Below, piece after piece: positions 12,129-22,609 of a stretch of DNA of 64,000 nucleotides. Source of the DNA: Fistulifera solaris (lineage: Eukaryota); NCBI GenBank assembly GCA_030295235.1, contig AP026120.1:1-64000 (forward strand). The letters run 5' to 3'. A program made the translations under genes and the position numbers. The stretch's first letter is position 1; each line of letters starts with the position of its first letter. The notes under the pieces were generated by a model. That model was not told where the DNA came from and did not search any database. It worked only from the letters and a program-made list of their open reading frames with translations.

Positions 12129-12691
12129 TTATTTTTTATTAAAAACTTCCCATGGTGAAATAAACTCAAAAGTTCTATATTCTTGAGCTAATTCTACATT
12201 TTCGTATACAACTCGATTTTTTGTTACATTGTACCGTGCTTCAGTATATCCACTTAAAGGAAAATCTTTTCTTAACGGGTAACCTTGAAAACCATAATCA
12301 GTTAATAAACGAGTCAAACTTGAATGATTAAGAAAAAATATACCATACATGTCAAAATTTCAGATTCCCACCATCCTGCTGCTGGAAATACTTTTTGAAT
12401 AGAGTGTACTGGAGTTAATTCATCTGTTAAAATTTTTATTCTAACTCTTCCATTGTAATGAATACTTAAAAGATCGTAGACAACTTGAAATCTATATAAG
12501 TTTTCAGGATAGTCTACTCCTGAAACACAAGTTAAAACTTTAAATCGATAATTAAAATGATTTTTAAGAACTTGCATCACGTTTACTATGGAGTTAGTTG
12601 GAGTTAAAAATACTGCTTCTTCTTCATTATAAAGTTCGAATCTTACGATTGGTAATATTTTAATTATATTTTCACTTATAGATAATAGCAT
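12129..12691 (-). CDS. nad9: NADH dehydrogenase subunit 9 (one frameshift)
   Basis: [21 protein letters not shown]. Confidence 0.95.
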
Positions 12692-12701
12692 TTATATTAA
12701 T

Positions 12702-12892
12702 TTAAAATTTTAAATATTGTTTTTTATATTTAACAGACTGATAAGAAGTTTTAGTAAAATTAGTGGTTTGTTTTTTGTTTAAAAAAAGTTTTTATGATCT
12801 TTATCATATGCTTTAAATTGCTTAAAAGCTGGACTAGATAAAGTAGTTAAATTTATACTTCCATCAGATAATAACTGAATATATTTTGTCAT
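12702..12892 (-). CDS. rpl31: probable ribosomal protein L31 (~63 aa, one T-run frameshift)
   Basis: QLLSDGS...DKDHKN...KYKKQY resembles mitochondrial bL31. Confidence 0.6.
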
Positions 12893-12896
12893 TTTT

Positions 12897-14094
12897 TTAC
12901 CTATCAATTTCACCAAAAACAACGTCTAGAGTTCCAATAATAGTTACAACATCAGCTAGCATGTGGCCACGTGACATATAGTCTAAAGCTTGCAGATGAC
13001 CAAATCCTGGTGCTTTTATTTTACACCTGTAAGGTTTATTAGTATTGTCTGAAACTAAATAAACACCAAATTCACCTTTTGGTGCTTCAGTTGCTGTATA
13101 AGTTTCATTAGCTGGAATAGAAATTCCATTTGTGTAAATTTTAAAATGATGAATCATACCTTCCATAGAAGATTTCATTTCAGTTCTAGTCGGTGGGCAT
13201 AGTTTATTGTCATTTGTCTTAACTAATCCTTCTGGAATCTTATTTAAACATTGTGAAATTATATTTAATGACTCTTTCATTTCAATAATTCTAATTAAAT
13301 ATCTATCATAACAATCACCGTTTGTTCCAACTGGAATAGCAAAATCAATTTGATCATATATCTCATAAGGTTGACTTTTTCTTAAATCCCAGTTTATACC
13401 CGAACCTCTTAGCATTACTCCACTAAATCCCCAATCCATAGCGTCTTTAGAAGAAACAACTCCTACATCAATTAGTCTCTGTTTCCAAATTCGGTTTTCA
13501 GACAACATTTCCTCAATTTCTAATAATCTATTAGTAAACTGCTCTACAAAAATATAAATATCTGAAAGCAAACCTTTAGGCAGATCTACATGAACACCAC
13601 CAGGTCTAAAATAAAAAGCATGCATTCTTGCACCAGAAACTCTTTCGTAAAACTCCATCAATTTTTCACGCTCCTCGAAACCCCAAAGCATAGGAGTCAT
13701 AGCACCAACATCCATAGCATGGCAGCCGACTGCAAGCAAGTGATTTAAAATACGAGTAATTTCGGCAAATATTACACGAATATATTTCGCTCTTTCAGGA
13801 ATTTTACAATTCAATAATTTTTCAACAGCTAAGCAATATGAATGCTCTTGAGCTAGCATAGACACATAATCTAATCGATCAAAATATGGCAAAGCTTGTA
13901 AATAATTTTTATATTCTATTAATTTTTCGGTTCCTCTATGTAAAAGTCCGATATGTGGAGTTGCTTTTATCACAGTTTCACCTTTTAACTCAAGTAATAA
14001 TCTTAAAACACCGTGCGCAGCTGGATGCTGTGGTCCGAAATTTAAAGTAAAATTTTTTACTTTTTTTAATAAATCCTTTTTTTTAAAAAGTCAT
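12897..14094 (-). CDS. nad7: NADH dehydrogenase subunit 7
   Basis: [15 protein letters not shown]...DVVFGEIDR. Confidence 0.97.
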
Positions 14095-14131
14095 AAAATA
14101 TATTTAAAATACAAATTTTATTATAGACTGC

Positions 14132-14205
14132 TAAGCTTAAGTAGACTTGAACTACCGACCTTGCGCTTATCAGGCACATGCTCTAACCAACTGAGCTATA
14201 AGCTT
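14132..14205 (-). tRNA. trnI: tRNA-Ile(GAU)
   Basis: CTGATAA loop. Confidence 0.95.
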
Positions 14206-14213
14206 TTAACTTA

Positions 14214-15012
14214 TTAATTAAACTCTAAATTTGACATTATCACATAATGATACTGTACAGATGGAACTGCAAATAAAACAATAGGCATAAATCCATGGTT
14301 AACACCACAAATCTCACTACACTGTCCAAAGAAAAGTCCAAATCTCTTAATGAATAAATTAGCTTGATTCAATCTTCCTGGGCAAGCATCTACTTTTATT
14401 CCAAAAGATGGGATAGTCCAACTATGTAATACGTCTACTGCAGTAATTAACAATCGCAAGTGGGTATTTGTAGGTAAGATAACACGTTTATTTGTTTCTA
14501 AATTCCGAAAAAAACCCATTGCATTTTTTTTCTTTTAATGACTCATCAGTAAGCATATAACAAGAATATTTTAAATGCTGAGTACCTGAACAAGAGTTGA
14601 AATCAGAAATTTCGTAACTCCAATACCATTGGTGACCTAAAATCTTTAAAGTTAACTCAGGATTTGAAATTTCGTCTAAACTATACAAAAGAGAAAAAAG
14701 ACGGTGAAGCTATACTTAAAAGAATTAAAGCAGGAACAGAAGTCCAAATAATTTCTAATGCGTTATTATGAGTAAAATTACTTGGTTTACTGTTACTAAA
14801 TTCCATAAAGTTTCTTATAACTAAAAATAATAACCAAGCTACTACAGTCACAATCGCAATAATTACAAACAATAAATGAAGGTTAAATAAAAAAATACCC
14901 TCCATAACTGTAGTGGCAGGATCTTGAAATCCTAATTGATATGCTGAACTACTATCTCCGAACCAATTACTTATAATTATAAACACAGGGATAGAAGTGT
15001 TTTAAAAAACAT
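14214..15012 (-). CDS. cox2: cytochrome c oxidase subunit 2 (homopolymer frameshifts)
   Basis: [28 protein letters not shown]. Confidence 0.95.
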
Positions 15013-15051
15013 TTTTATTATTTAATATTCAATTTAACGAAAGAATATTTT

Positions 15052-15455
15052 TTAGTCCCAGTCTAACGCACGAACATACCAGACGTAAAAAAACCCAATA
15101 CCTAACTCAAATAAGAAATCAATCATAGACCAAAAACCTAATAGATCTAATTTAGCTAAAGAAACACACCAAGGGATTAAAAACATAATTTCGATATCGA
15201 AAATAATGAATAAAATAGCAATTACACAAAATCGAACGTCAAATGTATGACGAGTATCTTCGTAAGGCTCAAAGCCACACTCATAAGCCGATAATTTTTC
15301 AGGATCGGGATTTTGTCTAACTAAAAAATAAGACGCACCAATAATAACAATGGTTAATAAAACAGCAATTACTAAAAAAGTTAAAAGAACAGAATATTCT
15401 TTTTTTATTAAAGAGTCTTCGAAAAAAACATCATATTATAATCAAAATTTGCCAT
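15052..15455 (-). CDS. nad3: NADH dehydrogenase subunit 3 (not in ORF track; frameshifts near 5' end)
   Basis: PDPEKLSAYECGFEP, FIIFDIE, ALDWD*. Confidence 0.93.
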
Positions 15456-15461
15456 GAAAAT

Positions 15462-16291
15462 TTATTTATTACTCCACCAGTATACATTTATAAATAAGAA
15501 TAACCAAACAACATCTACAAAATGCCAATACCAAATGGCAGATTCAAAACCAAAATGGTGTCTATTTGTAAAATGATTTAGTACAATACGAATAAATGAA
15601 ACTAATAATGCAATAGTTCCAACGAAAACGTGAAATCCATGAAATCCAGTTGCCATGTAGAAACAAGAACCATATATACCATCACTAATAGTAAAAGGTG
15701 CATTTACATACTCGAAACCCTGTAAACAAGTAAAAATAGTAGCTAAAACTAGAGTGAAAAGTAAAGCTACTAAAGTATGCTTTTTAGCTCTTGATAATAA
15801 AGCATGATGAGCCCAAGTTACGCTAGCACCTGAAGTTAATAAAATAAAAGTATTTGTTAAAGGAACAGTGTAAGTACTAATAGTACTAATAGCTTTTGGT
15901 GGCCACACTCCACCTAAGTTATAGGTTGGAGCGATACTAGAGTGAAAAAATGCCCAAAAGAATGCAAAAAAAACATAATCTCCGAAACAATAAATAAAAT
16001 CATTCCTAATCGTAGACCTTTTTGAACAGTAACAGTATGTGTATCCTCGAATGTAGCTTCTCGAACAATATCTCGCCACCAGGTATACATTGTGTATAAA
16101 ACAATCAAAAATCCTGTAATTAAAAGATTCCACCCTCCTATAAATTTATGCATATATAAAACAACTCCGCTAGTTAACATGAAAGCACCAAAAGACGCAA
16201 AAATAGGCCAAGGGCTAGGATCTACTAGATGATAAGAATGAGTTGTTTTTAAATATTTAAATTGTTCTTTTAGTAATAAAGTATTAGACAC
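15462..16291 (-). CDS. cox3: cytochrome c oxidase subunit 3 (GTG start; frameshifted copy)
   Basis: [19 protein letters not shown]. Confidence 0.96.
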
Positions 16292-16352
16292 TTTACCGCT
16301 TTTATTTTTTTTTACTCGAGTTAATATTTATTAAATTATGTAAGATATTCAT

Positions 16353-16446
16353 TGTAAGAAATAAGATTTGAACTTATAATTAAGGAACTTTTTAACATTC
16401 TTATTAGTTGTCTCATTTGTAACATTTTTGCTACCAACTTTCTTAC
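16353..16446 (-). ncRNA. tRNA-like element (t-element 2) between rps13 and cox3
   Basis: GTAAGAA/TTCTTAC acceptor plus A, ATAAG-TTCAAAT-CTTAT T-arm, non-canonical interior hairpins. Confidence 0.65.
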
Positions 16447-16470
16447 TTTAAAAAAAATAAAATTTTTAAA

Positions 16471-16820
16471 TTATAAAAATCGCTTTTTGGAAGTGTTCGC
16501 ATTCGTATGAGTTCTTTGACCTCGTACGGGTAATCCTGCCGCAATCTTATCCCTCTATAAGATTTTATAGAAAATAAACGATTTTTATCTAAAGATTTTA
16601 TTTTTTTTAAATCACCTAAAACCATTATATTAGAAGATTCCAAAGACTGAGCAAGTTTCGAAATCTGCTCTTTAGTTAAATCTTTTATTTTTAAATTTTT
16701 TGAGAAACCTAATTTTTTACAAATTAGATTCGAATTAGATTGTCCTATACCAAAGACACGTGTCATTGCGAAAGAAACCGACTTATTTTCCGGTAACTCT
16801 GATTCAAATAAATAAACCAT
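16471..16820 (-). CDS. rps13: ribosomal protein S13 (one frameshift)
   Basis: VFGIG, YRGIR, (G)LPVRGQRTHTNA. Confidence 0.92.
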
Positions 16821-18285
16821 TTAAAAATAAAGTAATTCTACTAAATAATTTACACTCATATGAATTGAGCTTAAAAATATATTAGGATAAATACCAATAA
16901 TGAAAGTACCTAAAATTAAAGGTAAAAATAATATACTTTCTCTAAAACTTAAATCTAAAAATGTTTGAGTGTACTGAATTTTTAAATTTCCAAAAGCAAT
17001 TCTGTTAAATAGCCATAATGAATAAGCTCCACTAATAATTACTCCAGTTGCTCCTAGGAAAGTAATTGTTGTATTAACTTTAAATGAACCTACTAATATT
17101 AAAAATTCACCGACAAAACTACTTGTTCCTGGAAAAGCGATATTAGCAATGGTAAAGAACAGAAATACTGCTATATATAAAGGCATAACTGTGGCAAGTC
17201 CTCCATAGTACTGAACAATTCTAGTTCTGTATCGATCATAAACAACTCCAATTACAAGAAATAAAGCACTTGCAACAAAACCATGACTTAAGCTTTGTAA
17301 AATAGCTCCCTCAAGACCTATATTATTGAAACTAAAAATACCAATTATAACTAGATTCATGTGAGCTATGGATGTATAAGCAATAATTCGTTTAAAATCA
17401 GTTTGACGAATAGCAGTAAACGAAGTGTAAATAATTCCAACAGCAGCAATAGTATACACAAGTGGAGTAAAAAAAAACGAAGCTTTAGGAAAAGAGGAAG
17501 AGAAAAACGAATAAAACCATAGGTCCCTAATTTTAATAACACTCCAGCTAAGATAACCGAACCTGCTGTAGGGGCTTCGACATGTGCTTCAGGTAACCAT
17601 AAATGAACAGGAAGCATAGGAACTTTACTAGCGAATGCTATAAAAAAAGTTAACCACATTATTTTTTGTTCGATATCTGAAAACCCAAATGTTAATAAAG
17701 TTTCGTAATCAGTAGTTCCAACCTGGCTAAATATATAAAGTATCGATAAAAGCATAACGACTGATCCTAATAAAGTATATAAGAAAAAATAGTAAGATGC
17801 TAGTATTTTTCGTTCTCTAGAACCCCAAATACCAATAATCAAAAACATTGGAATCAGTACACTTTCAAAGAAAATATAAAAAAGTAATAAATCTAATACA
17901 CAAAAAGTTCCAATTAAAAAGAAATCTAATACTAAAAAAGCTATTAAAAATTCTTTTACATTTGTACTAACGGAATTCCAGCTAGTTAAAAGACACAAAG
18001 GTATTAATAAAGTTGTTAAAAGTAAAAAAAATAAAGAAATTCCATCTACACCTAAAATAAAATTTATATTAAAGTTAGGAAACCAAAATAGTTTAACCAC
18101 AAATTGAAAAGAACCTACAGAATTTTGAAAAAACCCCAAACTAGCAAAGAGGTAGTAAAAGATAAAGAAGCTGAAGTTAAGGCTATAAGCTTCATCAATT
18201 TCAGTTTTTTTGCAGGGGTAAATAATAATAAAACAATCCCAAAAATTGGGAATAATAAAGTATATATTAATAAATTTTTTACCAT
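16821..18285 (-). CDS. nad4: NADH dehydrogenase subunit 4 (frameshifted)
   Basis: HLWLPEAHVEAPTAGSVILAG. Confidence 0.96.
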
Positions 18286-18298
18286 AATTTTTGTTTAT

Positions 18299-18372
18299 TA
18301 CACTCTATAGGATTTGAACCTATGACCATCAGTTTAGAAAACTGTTGCTCTATCCAACTGAGCTAAGAATGC
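18299..18372 (-). tRNA. trnR: tRNA-Arg(UCU)
   Basis: TTTCTAA loop. Confidence 0.93.
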
Positions 18373-18396
18373 ATCTATTTTTAAAATATAAATCAT

Positions 18397-18470
18397 TAAT
18401 GAAAAAGGGACTCGAACCCCTGACATTTGGATCATGATTCCAACGTTCTAACCAACTGAACTATTCCATC
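18397..18470 (-). tRNA. trnM: tRNA-Met(CAU), probably elongator
   Basis: ATCATGA loop. Confidence 0.88.
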
Positions 18471-18471
18471 T

Positions 18472-20191
18472 TTATTTATTAAAAGGATAATCGATAGGAA
18501 GACTTGAATAAGTAACAGGATCCACAAATAGAGCCAAAGAAATCTTATAACAAGCTAAATATAATAAAGTTGGGTTACAAAATAAAAAAATTAGCGCAAA
18601 TATTAAAACACTTAAAATAATAGTTTTTTCTGAGTTTATAGGATAATATAATTTTCCTACTAAAATATTTTCGAAGTATAAAACCTTTATTAGTCTAATA
18701 TAATAAAAAGTAGAAACCACACTAAATACAATACTAGCTAAAGCTGGTAAATAATAAGAATTAATAATTAAAGGCAAAAATACACCCAATTTAGCTAAAA
18801 ATCCAACAAGAGGTGGAATTCCTGCAATAGAGAACATAGTTAGAGATAATGCTAAAGAAAGAGGTATATTTGATTTTCTTAGTAATGCGAGATCACCTAA
18901 TTCTTTATTGTATTTAGTCGTAATATTTTTTCTTTTTAATCTTAAAAACAATAGAATCGACCACACGCATAAACTAGAAATCATATAAATTATCATATAA
19001 ACTAATGCCATTTGAACTCCAGTAAAAGTGTCGGAACCCATTGCAATTAATATGTAACCCATGTGACTAGTAGAACTATACGCTAATAAAGTTTTTAATT
19101 TTCGTTGCTTTAATCCTCCAAACGAACCAACGAAAATACTAAAAACTCCAATAGATAAGAAATAAAAGTCCCACCATTCTTTTATCTCAAAGAAAGCCAT
19201 GTGACAAAGTCTGATTAGAACTACCAGTATACTTAATTTAGTAATTACTGCAAAGAATATCGTTGAACTAGTAGGAGATCCTTCATAAACATCTAACGAC
19301 CATAAATGAAACGGAGCTGCTGCTAATTTGATAAATAAACTAAATAAAATTAAAGTTAAACCTATTTCAACAAAATTAAAATAGTCGATGGTATAACCAA
19401 ACAATAAATCGTCAAAAGTCAAATCGTAAACTTCAATAAGTCTAGCGTAACTTGCTCTAAAGCTAAATGAAAAAAGCCACGACTCAAAGAAAAAACTTGG
19501 TAAATAGCCTATTCCAGGAAACCATTGTACCATAACATAATCATAAATAGAAGCATTATACATTCGATAAAAATCAAAAAAATTTATAGATCCAGTAAAG
19601 CCGTAAATAAATGAACTTCCTAATAAAAAAAAAGGCAGACGAAACGGCACCAGTAATAAAATATTTTATACCACTTTCAACCGAATAACTTGATGTTTTT
19701 TTGAAAGAAGCTAAAACATATAAAGCAAGACTAGATAATTCGATTGCTAAATAAGTAAGCAATAAATCATTACTACTACACATGATCAGTAAACCTAAAA
19801 CAGAAAATAAAATAATAATTAAATATTCAAATGATGTTAACTTTTGCTCTTTTAAAGAATCGGCAACAAATAGAAAATAAAGCCCTGAAAAAAAGCATAA
19901 CCAAAAGCGTGTAAAAGATGCAAGAGAGTCATAGATTACAGCGTTACTAAATGACAAAATATCCATGAAATACGATGCTGAAGTAAGATCATCGTTTAGA
20001 ATTAAATAGCATGCCATAAAAAGTGTTAAAGCCATACACTCACTAACCGCCTTTTGTAACATTAGCCCATTTGAATTATAAGTGATCAAAGTAATCACTA
20101 TTAATATATAAATAATACTAAGAGTAATAAAATACTCAGGAAATACAGTAAAAGACTGTAAAGAAACTACATTATATAAATTATTTACCAT
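18472..20191 (-). CDS. nad2: NADH dehydrogenase subunit 2 (frameshifted)
   Basis: KLAAAPFHLWSLDVYEGSP, AGIPPLVGF. Confidence 0.95.
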
Positions 20192-20796
20192 CAAATTTGT
20201 CAAAGAAGAAACTCGAATTTCGAGATAATTGTTTAGAAATAGACTGTTCTAATATTTGGCTTTTATTAAAATTATTTGTTAAATAAACAACTCCAATTAA
20301 AACAAGTAATAATGTAAAACCAGCAATTAAAAAATGTAAAACAAAGTAAGAATATAAAACGTGACCATAAACTTCGACGTCGGATACAGAATCAACCATG
20401 TCATACCAGTTTTGATATTTATTAAAGTAAAAAGAATTTGCTAAAAAATTAGTATTAAAATGATCAGAAACTAAATTTAACAAAGGAATAAGGAAGAAAA
20501 TGAAAAAAACAAAACCAATAGGAATATATTTTAAAGCATTCTTTGATAAATTGATTGATTTTGTATCTAACATCATAATAGCAAATAAAAATAAAACAGC
20601 TATTGCACCAACATAAATCACAATGAAAAGTAGAGCTAAGAACTCACATTCTAACAAAAATAGTAAGAACGATGAAAAAATAAAACACCCAACAAGGAAT
20701 AGTAAAGAAAAAACGGGATGTTTTGGAAACAATAACCATAAAAGCACAAAAAACTAAAAGAGAGGAAAATATTATAAACAATGTATTAGAATTCAT
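20181..20796 (-). CDS. nad6: NADH dehydrogenase subunit 6 (frameshift near 5' end)
   Basis: HPVFS, IYVGAIAVLFLF. Confidence 0.93.
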
Positions 20797-20899
20797 TTAA
20801 TAAAATATATAATTTATAGATTATAGAAGAAAAAAGATTGAAATTTTTTTATAAAATGTTACAAATTTTTTATTAGTATACATTTTTACGAGAATTAAA

Positions 20900-20988
20900 C
20901 AATTAAAATTTTTTAAATGATTCCCTACAAATAGTATTTGAAAAAAATTTTAATAAACACTTGAGTTCAAAACGAGTTCAGGTTAAAG
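20900..20988 (-). rRNA. rrn5: divergent 5S rRNA, possibly permuted; 3' end could extend to ~20837
   Basis: ACCTGAACTCGTTTTGAACTCAAGTG matches helix III/loop C consensus; TACTA..TAGGGAA loop E-like. Confidence 0.65.
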
Positions 20989-21037
20989 ATATGAAAATAG
21001 GGATTGAACCTATAAAATCACCTAATTGATTTTCATA
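20989..21037 (-). ncRNA. tRNA-like element (t-element 3) between rns and rrn5
   Basis: TATGAAA/TTTCATA acceptor, ATAGG-TTCAATC-CCTAT T-arm, single small hairpin. Confidence 0.65.
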
Positions 21038-21039
21038 TT

Positions 21040-22525
21040 TTTCCAGCTACACGTTCCCGTACAGCTACCTTGTTACGACTTCATCCAAATCGCTAATTTT
21101 TCAATCGGTTAGAACAAAGTCAAACCTTCAAGTAAAACTAACTTTCTGCATGTGACGGGCGGTTTGTACAAGGCTAATTGACATATTCACCGCAACATTC
21201 TGATTTGCGATTACTAGTGATTCCAACTTCATGTAAACGAGTTGCAGCTTACAATCCGAACTGGGAAAACTTTTAGGAGATTAACAAAAATTTAATTTTA
21301 GTTACTTTTTGTAATTTTCATTGTAGCACGTGTGTAGCCCAATTCATAAGGGTCACATTGACTTGGCTTAATTCTTCCTTCCTTCAACTTATAATTGACT
21401 GTAACTTTAAAGCTTTTTCTAAAATATTTTAGAAAAGTAAATAATTAAAGTCAAGAGTTGCGTTCGTTAAGGGAACTAACCAAACATCTCACGACACGAA
21501 CTGACGACAGTCGTGCAACACCTGTAATATTTCATTTTTTTAATTATCAGCAATAAATAAAAATAAAAATTTAATATTATGTCAAGAATTGGTAAGGTTT
21601 TGCGCGGATTATCGCATTAAACCACATGCTCCACCACTAGTATTAGCCCCCGTCAATTTCTTTGAGTTCCAACCTTGCGATCGTACTCCTCAGGCGGAGT
21701 GTTTATAGCGTTAGCTTAAAAATCTAAATAAATTTTAATTTTTACATTAAATTTCAACACTCATAATTTACAGGTATGGACTACCAGGGTCTCTAATCCT
21801 GTTTGCTACCCATACTTTCGTCCCTCAACGTCAGTTTTTACCAAAAAGTCGCCTTCGCTAATGGTATTCCTTTATATATTTACAGATTTTACCCTTTCGT
21901 ATAAAATTCTACTTTTCTGTATAAAACTCAAGCAAAGCAGTATTACAAGCTGTTTTAAAGTTGGGCTTTAAATTTTAACAAGTAACTTACTTTACCGTCT
22001 ACGGACTCTTTACGCCCAGTCATGATGAATAACGCTTGCCCTTCCCGTATTACCGCGACTGCTGGCACGAGTATTAGCCAGGACTAATTCTTAAGTAATG
22101 TCATTATCATTCTTAATAAAGAAGTTTACAATCAAAAAAACCGTCTTTCGTTCATTTAGTATTGCTGGATCAGACTTTCGTCCATTGTCCAATATTCCTC
22201 ACTGCTGGCCGAAAACTCAGCCTGGACCTTATTTCAGTTCCAGTGTGGTTGATCATCCTCTAAGACCAACTAAAGATCAAAGGCTTGGTAAGCTATTAAA
22301 TTTACCAACTACCTAATCTTACGCAGACCCATCTTTTAGCAGAAATACAAAATAACATCGTAAAACTTTTAAAATATTCATGATTTATGATTTTGTCATG
22401 AACTAAAAGGTAGCAGTCTGCGCTTTCCTCACCCGTTCGCCACGAAAATAATTCCGTTAGACTTGCATGTGTAAAGCATACTAGTAGCGTTCATTCTGAG
22501 CCAGAATAAAACTCATATTATAATA
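21040..22525 (-). rRNA. rns: small subunit rRNA (ends approximate)
   Basis: GTGCCAGCAGTCGCGGTAATAC, AAGTCGTAACAAGGTA. Confidence 0.97.
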
Positions 22526-22609
22526 ACATAAAATATTTATATAAAATTAAGTTAATTTGAATTTAAATCTAATTTTGAATTATGAAATAATGTATAAAAA
22601 TTTCACAAA

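Noticed and set aside
14214..15012. cox2 split into separate genes
   Set aside because: Fragments overlap and rejoin by single-base changes in T/A runs
16353..16446. Mitochondrial tmRNA (ssrA)
   Set aside because: Lacks the Ala identity G3:U70 and the GGGG/CUCCA-type acceptor
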